Assembly: GCA_029260375.1 (NCBI GenBank)
Contig: JAJDDI010000009.1
Location: forward strand, 34,275-98,274
Direction of reading: 5' to 3'
From: Phycisphaerales bacterium
GTDB lineage: Bacteria > Planctomycetota > Phycisphaerae > Phycisphaerales > UBA1924
DNA: 64,000 nucleotides
Of the stretch, positions 57,242 to 64,000 are shown piece after piece. Position 1 is the stretch's first letter. The number at the start of each line of letters is the position of its first letter. Below the pieces are notes generated by a model. That model saw nothing but the letters and a program-made list of their open reading frames with translations, was not told where the DNA came from and searched no databases. The position numbers were made by a program, and so were the translations under genes.

Positions 57242-57297
57242 GCCTCAGCCTACAGAGCCCAGAATCTGGCCTCTGGCGCTCCTGAGGCGGTTTTTTT
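57242..57297 (+). terminator. Orphan intrinsic-terminator-like structure (compound hairpin + GG + T7) with no upstream plus-strand gene
   Basis: gcctcag (57242-48) pairs with ctgaggc (57282-88). Inner agag-cc-ag/ct-gg-ctct stem. Followed by ttttttt at 57291-57297, a rare T-run in this GC-rich DNA. Confidence 0.4.
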
Positions 57298-57435
57298 CGG
57301 ACATCCACGCTGCCATCCCCTGCAGGAACTGGCATTGGGTCATCCGGAGGGTTGAAGATTCTGATAAGCTGGGAAACGGAGGAGTTCATCGATCCGGTGT
57401 CACGACGCCACCCTCACAGGACGGGAGGACCGCTC

Positions 57436-57657
57436 ATGATCGGAGACAAGTCACTGCGTTGGCAGGCGCCGATGAGCGACAGCCAGCTGGAGCTCAAGCC
57501 GACGTTCCGGGCCGACGTGGACCAGTCGGGCGACTGGTATGTCTGGCGGCGTCTGGGGGCCAACGGCTGGGCCACGCTCAGGCGGTGCGAGTGCCGGGAT
57601 TCAGCGCACCGCCAGGCAGCCGTGCTCAACGAGACGATGGCACAGAACGGGTCGTGA
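57436..57657 (+). CDS. Small hypothetical protein (73 aa)
   Basis: ATG 57436 with GGGAGGA about 8 nt upstream. The longer TTG-initiated ORF from 57352 is less likely. No family recognised. Confidence 0.35.
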   Translation: MIGDKSLRWQAPMSDSQLELKPTFRADVDQSGDWYVWRRLGANGWATLRRCECRDSAHRQAAVLNETMAQNGS

Positions 57658-57809
57658 ACAATCGCCGCGAGGCGCCCGCATCCCACCTCGGCAAGCCGAC
57701 GCCGCGGCTGATGAGTAGCCCGGGCTCGGGGCGGGGCGTATGATGCCGGTTGAATCACGAACCGGGCGCCGGTGGTTTGGAACAAACCATGCAACGCCGG
57801 GCACAACAC

Positions 57810-57881
57810 GCGGGTGTAGTTCAGTGGTAGAACGTCAGCTTCCCAAGCTGAATGTCGTCGGTTCGATCCCGATCACCCGCT
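57810..57881 (+). tRNA. tRNA-Gly (anticodon CCC)
   Basis: Acceptor gcgggtg/cacccgc. Anticodon arm tcagc-ttCCCaa-gctga. T arm gtcgg-ttcgatc-ccgat. No encoded CCA. Confidence 0.9.
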
Positions 57882-57949
57882 TTGCCAAGGTCTCGCTGCG
57901 GGGGTGACCCGGCCCCGCCCGAAGCCGATCGCGGCGAGCACAACGACCG

Positions 57950-58999
57950 TTACTCCTCGACGCGCAGCATCCGCCGGATCTCGTCGGTTTTGAACCCGAG
58001 CAGCTTCGGGCGGACGACGCCACGGAGCGCTGCGACGTCGTACAGCTCCTGAACTACGCCCTCGATGCGGAGCGTGTGCTCGGTGGCCCCTGAGTCGAGG
58101 CTGATCACGTGCAGGGCGCACCGAGCGTCGGCGTCGCGTGAGCGCAGACCCTCGTCCAGCGGCAGGCCCTGGAATGTCCGGTTCTCCCGAGCCGCGGACA
58201 GACCGACGACGACATGGCGTCCCACGAACGTCATGCCGCGCGCGAACCCGGGGCAGAAGGCCACCTCCTCAAACCGACCCGAGGCCAGGTCCACGTAGCC
58301 GAAGAACCCCGTCCCCGTGTTGAGCAGCCAGACCCGCCCGGGGAAGTCCGGGTGCACCCGAGGAGAGTGCGGCATGCTCAGGTCCTCGGCGATCACCGCG
58401 TTCGTGCGCACATCCATGAGCAGCCCGCCGCCCAGGCGCCGGTCCCGCCAGCCATCGTTGACGTCCGACCGGCTTACGGCCGTGACGTACGCCGGGTCTT
58501 TCGTGGTCGGATCCTGCGCGAGTCCGTTGAGGTGGCAGCGGTCCTCGGGGACGAGCGCGCTGATGAAGGGGGGGCGCCACACCGGCCTGAAGCTGTGGGT
58601 GTCGCTGACCGTCGCGAGGCAGTTGAAGAGCGTTGCCGCGAAGACGGGGCGTCCGTCGGGGCCGCACTGGATGTCGTGGGTGTCGATGTCACCGGTCGTG
58701 TGCCCGGTAGTGGGCACGTAGAGCGCGTCGTAGCCGTCGGGCGTCGCGCCGCCGTGGGGAACGAAGTTCTCGAGACGCCAGAGCTGGTACAGCGAGGCCA
58801 TCCACAGCGTCCGAGCGTCGTCGCTGGCGTGCAGGCCCATGCACCGGTTGAAGGTGCGCTCGAAGACGCTGAGCCTGCCGTCGGGCTGGAGCCCGACAAG
58901 GAACAGCTTGCCCGCCTGGTAGGTGCTGAAGCCGAGGCTCACCCGCTCGCGGTCCATCCACGCGGTCATGTGCCGGGATGCGGTGAGGGCGAGTTCCAT
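57950..58999 (-). CDS. TIGR03032/DUF4915-like conserved hypothetical protein
   Basis: 349 aa. LGFSTYQAGKLFLVGLQPDGRLSVFERTFNRCMGL...LYQLWRLEN...DRCHLNGLA...LSMPHSPR...LLNTGTGFFGYVD...AFCPGFARGM matches my memory of this uncharacterised family. Confidence 0.6.
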   Translation of the reverse strand: MELALTASRHMTAWMDRERVSLGFSTYQAGKLFLVGLQPDGRLSVFERTFNRCMGLHASDDARTLWMASLYQLWRLENFVPHGGATPDGYDALYVPTTGHTTGDIDTHDIQCGPDGRPVFAATLFNCLATVSDTHSFRPVWRPPFISALVPEDRCHLNGLAQDPTTKDPAYVTAVSRSDVNDGWRDRRLGGGLLMDVRTNAVIAEDLSMPHSPRVHPDFPGRVWLLNTGTGFFGYVDLASGRFEEVAFCPGFARGMTFVGRHVVVGLSAARENRTFQGLPLDEGLRSRDADARCALHVISLDSGATEHTLRIEGVVQELYDVAALRGVVRPKLLGFKTDEIRRMLRVEE

Positions 59000-59137
59000 G
59001 CGCAGATCCTCCGAGAATGTGCGTCGATCGTAACCGCTCGGGGCAAACCGGCGCCTCGCCCGCGCGACGCACTCTCAAGCCGCTCCCCACATGCGGCCTG
59101 GGCTCTGCCGATGTGAGATCGCTGTATCCTCTCTCCA

Positions 59138-61978
59138 TTGCTCAGGATCGAGGACGATCAGAGTCTGATTGAGAGGATGGACACTATCAGCGGCCAAGTC
59201 GCCATGCCCGCGCAACCGATCGTGGCGATCCGGCCCGAGGGCGTCATCGGCGCGATCGAGACGCTCGGCAGCGGGTTCCTGTCTCACCCTGGCAACGGCG
59301 CCCTCAGGAAGAAGCTCGGCGCTGGCGACCTCTCGGCTTCGGACTACCACCGGCAGCTGGTGCGGGTGGTCTACCGCGTGCTGTTTCTCTTGATCGCGGA
59401 GGAGCGAGACCTATTGCACCCGCCCGGCGCCGAAGCCGGAGCGCGAACCCGGTACGCCGCCGACCTCTCGGTGGGGCGGCGCCAAGATAACTCCGCCGCT
59501 GAACGCGACCCAGATGGCGCCGATCTCTGGGACACCTTCTGCCGGGTATCGACAGCACTCGCGACACCCGGTGGGGATCCAGAGCACGGCCTGGCGTGCC
59601 TTGGCTCACGGTTCTGGTCGATGGACGCGTGCGCAGACCTGCAAGACCCCTGCGCTGATCGGGCGATGCTTCGGAACGCGGACTTTCGAGGCGCGGTCCG
59701 ACTGCTCGCGTTTGAAGAGCAAAGCGGCGTGCCACACCCGATCGACTTCCAAGGCCTGGCGCCCGGGCGGCTCGGCTCGATCTACGAGGCGATTCTTGAG
59801 CGGCGGCCCGAAGTCGATCCGCGGTCCGGGACGTTTGCGCTCCGCGCGACAAGCGGGAGCGAGCGAAGCTCCACCGGCTCGTTCTACACACCCCCGGTGC
59901 TCGTCGAGCATCTGCTCGACTCGGCGCTCGATCCGGTCGTCGAGGACTGTCTCGCGAGCGCACGCCAGATCGCGATTGAGGCCGGCGAAGACCCTGACGC
60001 GGCCGCAGATCGGGCCCTGCTCGGGATCCGCGTCTGCGACCCCGCCTGCGGCACGGGACACTTCCTGGTCGCCGCCGGGCGCCGGCTCGCCCGCACCCTC
60101 GGCGCCATCCGCTGCGGAGGGGCCGATCCTGATGAACAGCGGCGGGCGATCTGCGACGTCGTCCGGAACTGCCTCTACGGCGTTGACCGGAACCCGATGG
60201 CCGTCGAGCTGTGCAAGATCGCGCTCTGGATGGAGGCGGGCGTCCCCGGCGCCCCGCTCTCGCAGATGGACGCGTGCATCATGGTGGGCGACTCGCTGCT
60301 CGGGACGACGCCCTCGCTGCTGGCGGAGGGAATCCCGGATGCGGCGCTTGCAGCACTGCCCGGTGACGACCGCAGGGTTGCCAGCTACTACCGCAGACGC
60401 AATAAGCGGGAGCGCCGGGGTCTGCGGGCATCGGGATCGGCTCCGCTTCACACGGACGCCACCCGTGAACTCGCCTCGAACGAGACCCCCGAGCACACCC
60501 GCCTGCTCGCGGACGCCTGGTGCGCGTCGTTCCTTTGGTCAAAGCGCGACACCGACTCACCCGGCGCGTTGCCCGGCTATCCGGGTCGATGGGATGCGAT
60601 CACGGAGCGGGTCTTTCGGGCGATCCGGAGCGACCCGGACTCGGTCCGTCCGTGGGTCCTTGACGAGATCCGGCGCCTCGCCGGCGAGCACCGGTTTTTC
60701 CATTGGCGCCTTGCGTTTCCCGGGGTCTTCACCCAGTCTCAAGATGAGGCGCCCGGGTCTTCGCCGGGATTCGACGTCATCGTGGGTAACCCGCCGTTCC
60801 TGAACCAGCTCGAATCGTCCACGGCGTCCGATCGGGGACCCGCCGCGATCCTGCGCGCCCGATCGGGCGGGGCGATCCGAGGCTACGCGGACGTGTCCGC
60901 GGCGTTCCTGCTCCTGTCAGTCTCGATCACCCGGCCGGGGGGGCGTGTGGCGCTGGTGCAGCCGCAGTCGCTGCTGGCCTCGAAGGACGCGGGCCCGGCT
61001 CGGGCAGAGGTTCTCCGGCACGGAGCGCTGTGCTCATTGTGGGTCTCGAACGCGCATGTTTTCGACGGCGCCAGTGTCTTCACCTGCGCTCCCACGATCC
61101 ACGTTGGCGGACCGCGCTGCCGGGCGCTGCGCCGATCTGCTGGGCGCGAGTTCCGTCCTCTTCTCACGATTGAGATCGATACCGATGCGCTCGCACAGGA
61201 GGAGACCTGGGCCCATCTGGCCGCGGCCTCGATGGGCGTTCCAGAGATTCGTGTCGCGTCTGCCGCGCTCGTGGGCGACATGGCGAGTTCGACCGCCGAC
61301 TTCCGGGATCAGTACTACGGGCTTGACGGATTCCTGGTCGAGGACGCGCAGCTTGAGGGGCGTTCTGGCGCCCGAGACGCTTCCCATCCTCCCCTCGTGA
61401 CCACCGGCCTGATCGATCTGGCCCAGTGCCGATGGGGAACCACCGTGACGCGGATCCTCAAGCGCCGATGGCAGGCCCCTCGGATCGACCGGGCCCGGAT
61501 GAACGCCCAGGGAACGCTCGGGGCGTGGATCGATCAGCGGCTGATCCCCAAGGTCCTGATCGCTACGCAGACGCGGGTGGTCGAGGCGTTCGTGGACGCC
61601 GACGGGCGGTACGTCCCGAGCATCCCGCTCATCTCGGTCTTCCCCGAGCATCCCGAGCAGATCTGGAGGCTCGCCGCGGCGCTCGCGTCCCCGGTATGCT
61701 CGGCGCTGGCGATGCAGCGGTACGCCGGCGCGGCCCTGCACGCCGACGCGATCAAGCTCTCCGCCAGGCAAGTGCTAAAGCTCCCCCTGCCATCGGACGC
61801 GTCCGCGTGGAGCGATGGAGAGACGGAGTTCCGCGGCGCGCAGCTGTCCGGCTCGGACGGCGCCCGGGCGGAGCGCCTCATCCGGTTCGGGGCCGCGATG
61901 TGCCGGGCGTATGCGCTCTCGACGGATGACACGAACTCGGTCACCCGCTGGTGGGAGCGCCGTGTTGGGATCGCGTGA
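59138..61978 (+). CDS. Eco57I/PglX-like N6-adenine DNA methyltransferase with TaqI-like C-terminal specificity region; no nuclease domain recognised
   Basis: YHRQLVRVVYRVLFLLIAEER helical motif. FYTPPVLVEHLL. Motif I VCDPACGTGHFLVAA. Motif IV FDVIVGNPPFLN. TTG start at 59138 is uncertain (next ATG at 59177). Confidence 0.8.
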   Translation: MLRIEDDQSLIERMDTISGQVAMPAQPIVAIRPEGVIGAIETLGSGFLSHPGNGALRKKLGAGDLSASDYHRQLVRVVYRVLFLLIAEERDLLHPPGAEAGARTRYAADLSVGRRQDNSAAERDPDGADLWDTFCRVSTALATPGGDPEHGLACLGSRFWSMDACADLQDPCADRAMLRNADFRGAVRLLAFEEQSGVPHPIDFQGLAPGRLGSIYEAILERRPEVDPRSGTFALRATSGSERSSTGSFYTPPVLVEHLLDSALDPVVEDCLASARQIAIEAGEDPDAAADRALLGIRVCDPACGTGHFLVAAGRRLARTLGAIRCGGADPDEQRRAICDVVRNCLYGVDRNPMAVELCKIALWMEAGVPGAPLSQMDACIMVGDSLLGTTPSLLAEGIPDAALAALPGDDRRVASYYRRRNKRERRGLRASGSAPLHTDATRELASNETPEHTRLLADAWCASFLWSKRDTDSPGALPGYPGRWDAITERVFRAIRSDPDSVRPWVLDEIRRLAGEHRFFHWRLAFPGVFTQSQDEAPGSSPGFDVIVGNPPFLNQLESSTASDRGPAAILRARSGGAIRGYADVSAAFLLLSVSITRPGGRVALVQPQSLLASKDAGPARAEVLRHGALCSLWVSNAHVFDGASVFTCAPTIHVGGPRCRALRRSAGREFRPLLTIEIDTDALAQEETWAHLAAASMGVPEIRVASAALVGDMASSTADFRDQYYGLDGFLVEDAQLEGRSGARDASHPPLVTTGLIDLAQCRWGTTVTRILKRRWQAPRIDRARMNAQGTLGAWIDQRLIPKVLIATQTRVVEAFVDADGRYVPSIPLISVFPEHPEQIWRLAAALASPVCSALAMQRYAGAALHADAIKLSARQVLKLPLPSDASAWSDGETEFRGAQLSGSDGARAERLIRFGAAMCRAYALSTDDTNSVTRWWERRVGIA

Positions 61979-62051
61979 GTTTGACCTTCTGACTCGCGCC
62001 CGACCCTCCGCGCCGATTCACCCACAACAGTGTGGTCAACCGCACAGAGGT

Positions 62052-62324
62052 CTTGGGCGTTCTGAACAGCGGTCGCCGCCCACGGGCGTCTGAGGGATCG
62101 GAGAGGGCCTCTCGCTGCGTCGCTGCTCGCTTGCATTGCTTCTCGCCGCGCCGCTCACGCTCGCCGTTTCGGGCGTGAGCGTGCAGTGTCTCCCGTGCTC
62201 GGTGCTCTTCCTCTCCGAGTCTTAATCGATGCAGGACTCGGCGAACTGGGCGCCGCCCGCGGGGCTCTTTGATTTCTCCGACATTCTGGCGTTTATCGCG
62301 GACTTCCACCTGGGCTGCCCCTAG
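62052..62324 (+). pseudogene. Decayed remnant of a dockerin-anchored secreted protein (signal-peptide-like stretch, in-frame TAA, one dockerin-like repeat ending GCP)
   Basis: Single frame reads ...RRCSLALLLAAPLTLAVSGVSVQCLPCSVLFLSES-stop(62223)-S-MQDSANWAPPAGLFDFSDILAFIADFHLGCP-stop(62322-62324). The last 31 aa match the second repeat of the modules at 27855, 40256 and 41111. Confidence 0.45.
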
Positions 62325-63382
62325 GCGCCCGGCGCGGACACCCGAACCGCACACCCCGAGCGCAGCGACTCGAGTTCCGCCTCGATCGTCCGCGTGACGC
62401 GCACCGCCTCGTCCATGGTCGCCAGCCCGGCGCAGTCCCCAGACCGCAGCGCGTGAACGACCGATCGGGCCTGCGCCTCCCAGCCGGTCTCGGCGCGCAG
62501 CGCGGGGCGGCGCTGCTCTCCGTCCACGAGCAGGCTCAGGGGCGGGTCGTGGGCCAGATCGAACTCGGCCAGGGCGCCCTCGAACTCCACGACGAACCGC
62601 ATCCGGAACGCCGCCGCGGGGTCGCTCAGCCAGCCCCCCTCGGCCGTGACCATCGGCGACGCGTCGCCCCCGAACGCGTAGCTCGTGAGCAAATGCCCCG
62701 GGCGTCCGATCGAGCGGACCTCCGCCGGGGCCCCAAGGCAGCGGTGGACCGTGTCCACGTCGTGGATGTGCAGGTCGAACAGCGCGTCGCCCGAGCGCGA
62801 GGCGTCGGCGTAGAACGACGACCACCCGGGTGGCGCCCCGAGGCGCTCGAATCGGGCGCTGAGGACTCGCCCGTGTCGCCCGGACCGGATCAGCCCGGGC
62901 AGCAGATCCCACCCGGGCCAGTACCGGACGCACATGGCCGGGACGCACAGACGATCGACCGTCCGGGCGTGCGCGCCCAGACGCTCCACGTCAGCAGATG
63001 AGATCGCCACCGGCTTCTCAACCAGCGCGTGCCTGCCCGCATCGAGCGCTCTGATCGCCAGATCCACGTGCGTGTCGGTCGGCGTGCAGACACAGACGAG
63101 ATCGACCCGATCGTCGTTGAGCAACTGATCCGGGTCGGTCGTCGCGTTGACCTGGCTCGGATCGAACAGGGGCGCCTCGGCGCTCTCGATGACATTGCCC
63201 CCGCGGGCCGGGCGACCGTCGAGGCGGTCCGCCTCTGCGTCACACACGGCGACCACACGGCACCCCTCCACCTCCGAGAACGCGCGCAGGTGTGTCGCGC
63301 CGATGAACCCCAGCCCGATCACACCGACACCGATCTCGCGATCGCCGTTCAAGTTGTACGCCTGCGATGGCTCATGGAGCAC
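62321..63382 (-). CDS. Gfo/Idh/MocA-family NAD(P)-dependent oxidoreductase
   Basis: Rossmann N-terminus IGVGVIGLGFIGATHLRAFSEVEGCRVVAVCD. EKP motif ALVEKPVA. Confidence 0.85.
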   Translation of the reverse strand: MLHEPSQAYNLNGDREIGVGVIGLGFIGATHLRAFSEVEGCRVVAVCDAEADRLDGRPARGGNVIESAEAPLFDPSQVNATTDPDQLLNDDRVDLVCVCTPTDTHVDLAIRALDAGRHALVEKPVAISSADVERLGAHARTVDRLCVPAMCVRYWPGWDLLPGLIRSGRHGRVLSARFERLGAPPGWSSFYADASRSGDALFDLHIHDVDTVHRCLGAPAEVRSIGRPGHLLTSYAFGGDASPMVTAEGGWLSDPAAAFRMRFVVEFEGALAEFDLAHDPPLSLLVDGEQRRPALRAETGWEAQARSVVHALRSGDCAGLATMDEAVRVTRTIEAELESLRSGCAVRVSAPGA

Positions 63383-63423
63383 AGACTATACCGGGCGACG
63401 CCGTCCGATCACGGCTGGGGAAC

Positions 63424-64000
63424 TCAGGGCGACTCGCCCCGCTCACGCCAGGCCTTGAGCGTCTCGCCCTCCTGATCGGGCGTGATCCCGGGCAATCGCC
63501 CGCCGGGCGCGTAGACGAAGCCTCGCGTCTTGGCTTCGCCTTCCCGCCACCCGTCGAACCACGCGAGCGTGTCGCGGACGGTCTCTGCAAGCGGGCGGGT
63601 CACGAGCCCCGCGGCCGCGGACATCTCCAGGCTCGTCGAGTGAAACCCCGAGTACTCGCCCGCGGGCGGGAGCCACACGGGCATCTGCACCCACCCGTTG
63701 ATGCCGCGGGCGCTCAGGAAGTCGGCGTTCACCCAGGTGAACTCGGCGTCCGAGCCCGTGACTTTCTTGCACGTGTCGAGCAGGCGCCCGATGGTCATCG
63801 CCTCGCCCACGGGCCCGTTGGTGTTGTAGGTCCCGAAGCTCCGATCCTCGACCGTCTTGAGCATGAACGCGGCGACGTCGCGGGCGTCGATGAACTTGAT
63901 GGGATGCTCCGGCTTGCCCGGCGCCAGCACGTCGCCGCCCTCGCGCACGCGGTAGGGCCAGTAGGTGAAGCGGTGCGTGAAGTCGCGCGGGCCGACGATC
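63424..64000 (-). CDS. NAD-dependent epimerase/dehydratase (SDR) family protein, 5' end beyond the window
   Basis: The frame stays open to base 64000 (...VGPRDFTHRFTYWPYRVREGGDVLAPG...IKFIDARDVAAFML...). The listed Met is a GTG internal to the gene. Confidence 0.7.
   Translation of the reverse strand, partial: IVGPRDFTHRFTYWPYRVREGGDVLAPGKPEHPIKFIDARDVAAFMLKTVEDRSFGTYNTNGPVGEAMTIGRLLDTCKKVTGSDAEFTWVNADFLSARGINGWVQMPVWLPPAGEYSGFHSTSLEMSAAAGLVTRPLAETVRDTLAWFDGWREGEAKTRGFVYAPGGRLPGITPDQEGETLKAWRERGESP

Noticed and set aside
57352-57435. TTG-initiated 101-aa version of the small ORF upstream of tRNA-Gly.
   Set aside because: The internal ATG at 57436 has a proper GGGAGGA ribosome-binding site. 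The upstream 28 codons lack one and begin right after the terminator-like element.
58341-58360. gggaagtccgggtgcaccc, reminiscent of the RNase P RNA GGAAAGUCCGGGC motif.
   Set aside because: It lies inside the well-supported DUF4915-like coding sequence, and none of the flanking RNase P helices are recognisable.
62013-62025. Possible attR-like repeat of the tRNA-Gly 3' end (ccgattcacccac versus ccgatcacccgct).
   Set aside because: It is only an imperfect ~11 of 13 match with an indel, and no integrase is present. This is too weak to call an integration boundary.

Overview
This is a GC-rich chromosomal segment, roughly two-thirds G+C by eye, densely coding on both strands. I found no rRNA, CRISPR array, transposase or integrase. 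My guess is a Planctomycetota (Phycisphaerae-like) genome. That is an inference from gene content: Cys-bracketed dockerin-like anchors, a PEP-CTERM protein, an ECF sigma plus Ser/Thr kinase pair, a Bat/MoxR operon, and a minimal dcw fragment.

The housekeeping backbone includes:
- rsmH, a LysM protein, ftsL-like and ftsI
- lipB, lpxA, rsfS, aroB, clpX, dnaG-rpoD, hmgA, prpB/prpC and tig
- tRNA-Leu(CAA) and tRNA-Gly(CCC)

The accessory or unusual content is:
1. A ParA-type ATPase fused to a glycogen-binding module, translationally coupled to a 457-aa partner that looks like a ParA fold without a Walker A motif.
2. A 75-nt near-perfect palindrome inserted in frame inside prpB.
3. A lower-GC membrane/zinc-ribbon gene wedged between prpB and prpC. 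It belongs to a four-member C-x2-C...CPECG zinc-ribbon family in this window.
4. Four copies of a Cys-bracketed double dockerin-like module, one of them a decayed remnant.
5. A small-ORF, hairpin and terminator unit in a 590-nt gap with no long-ORF call.
6. A complete 8-gene MoxR/Bat operon.
7. A tandem pair of M14 carboxypeptidase-like genes, one with a degenerate zinc site.
8. A tRNA-Gly-adjacent module with a TIGR03032/DUF4915-like protein and a nuclease-less Eco57I/PglX-like N6-adenine DNA methyltransferase.

All family assignments come from motif reading and memory, not from searches. Many long ORFs in the track are antisense shadows typical of high-GC DNA and were not called.
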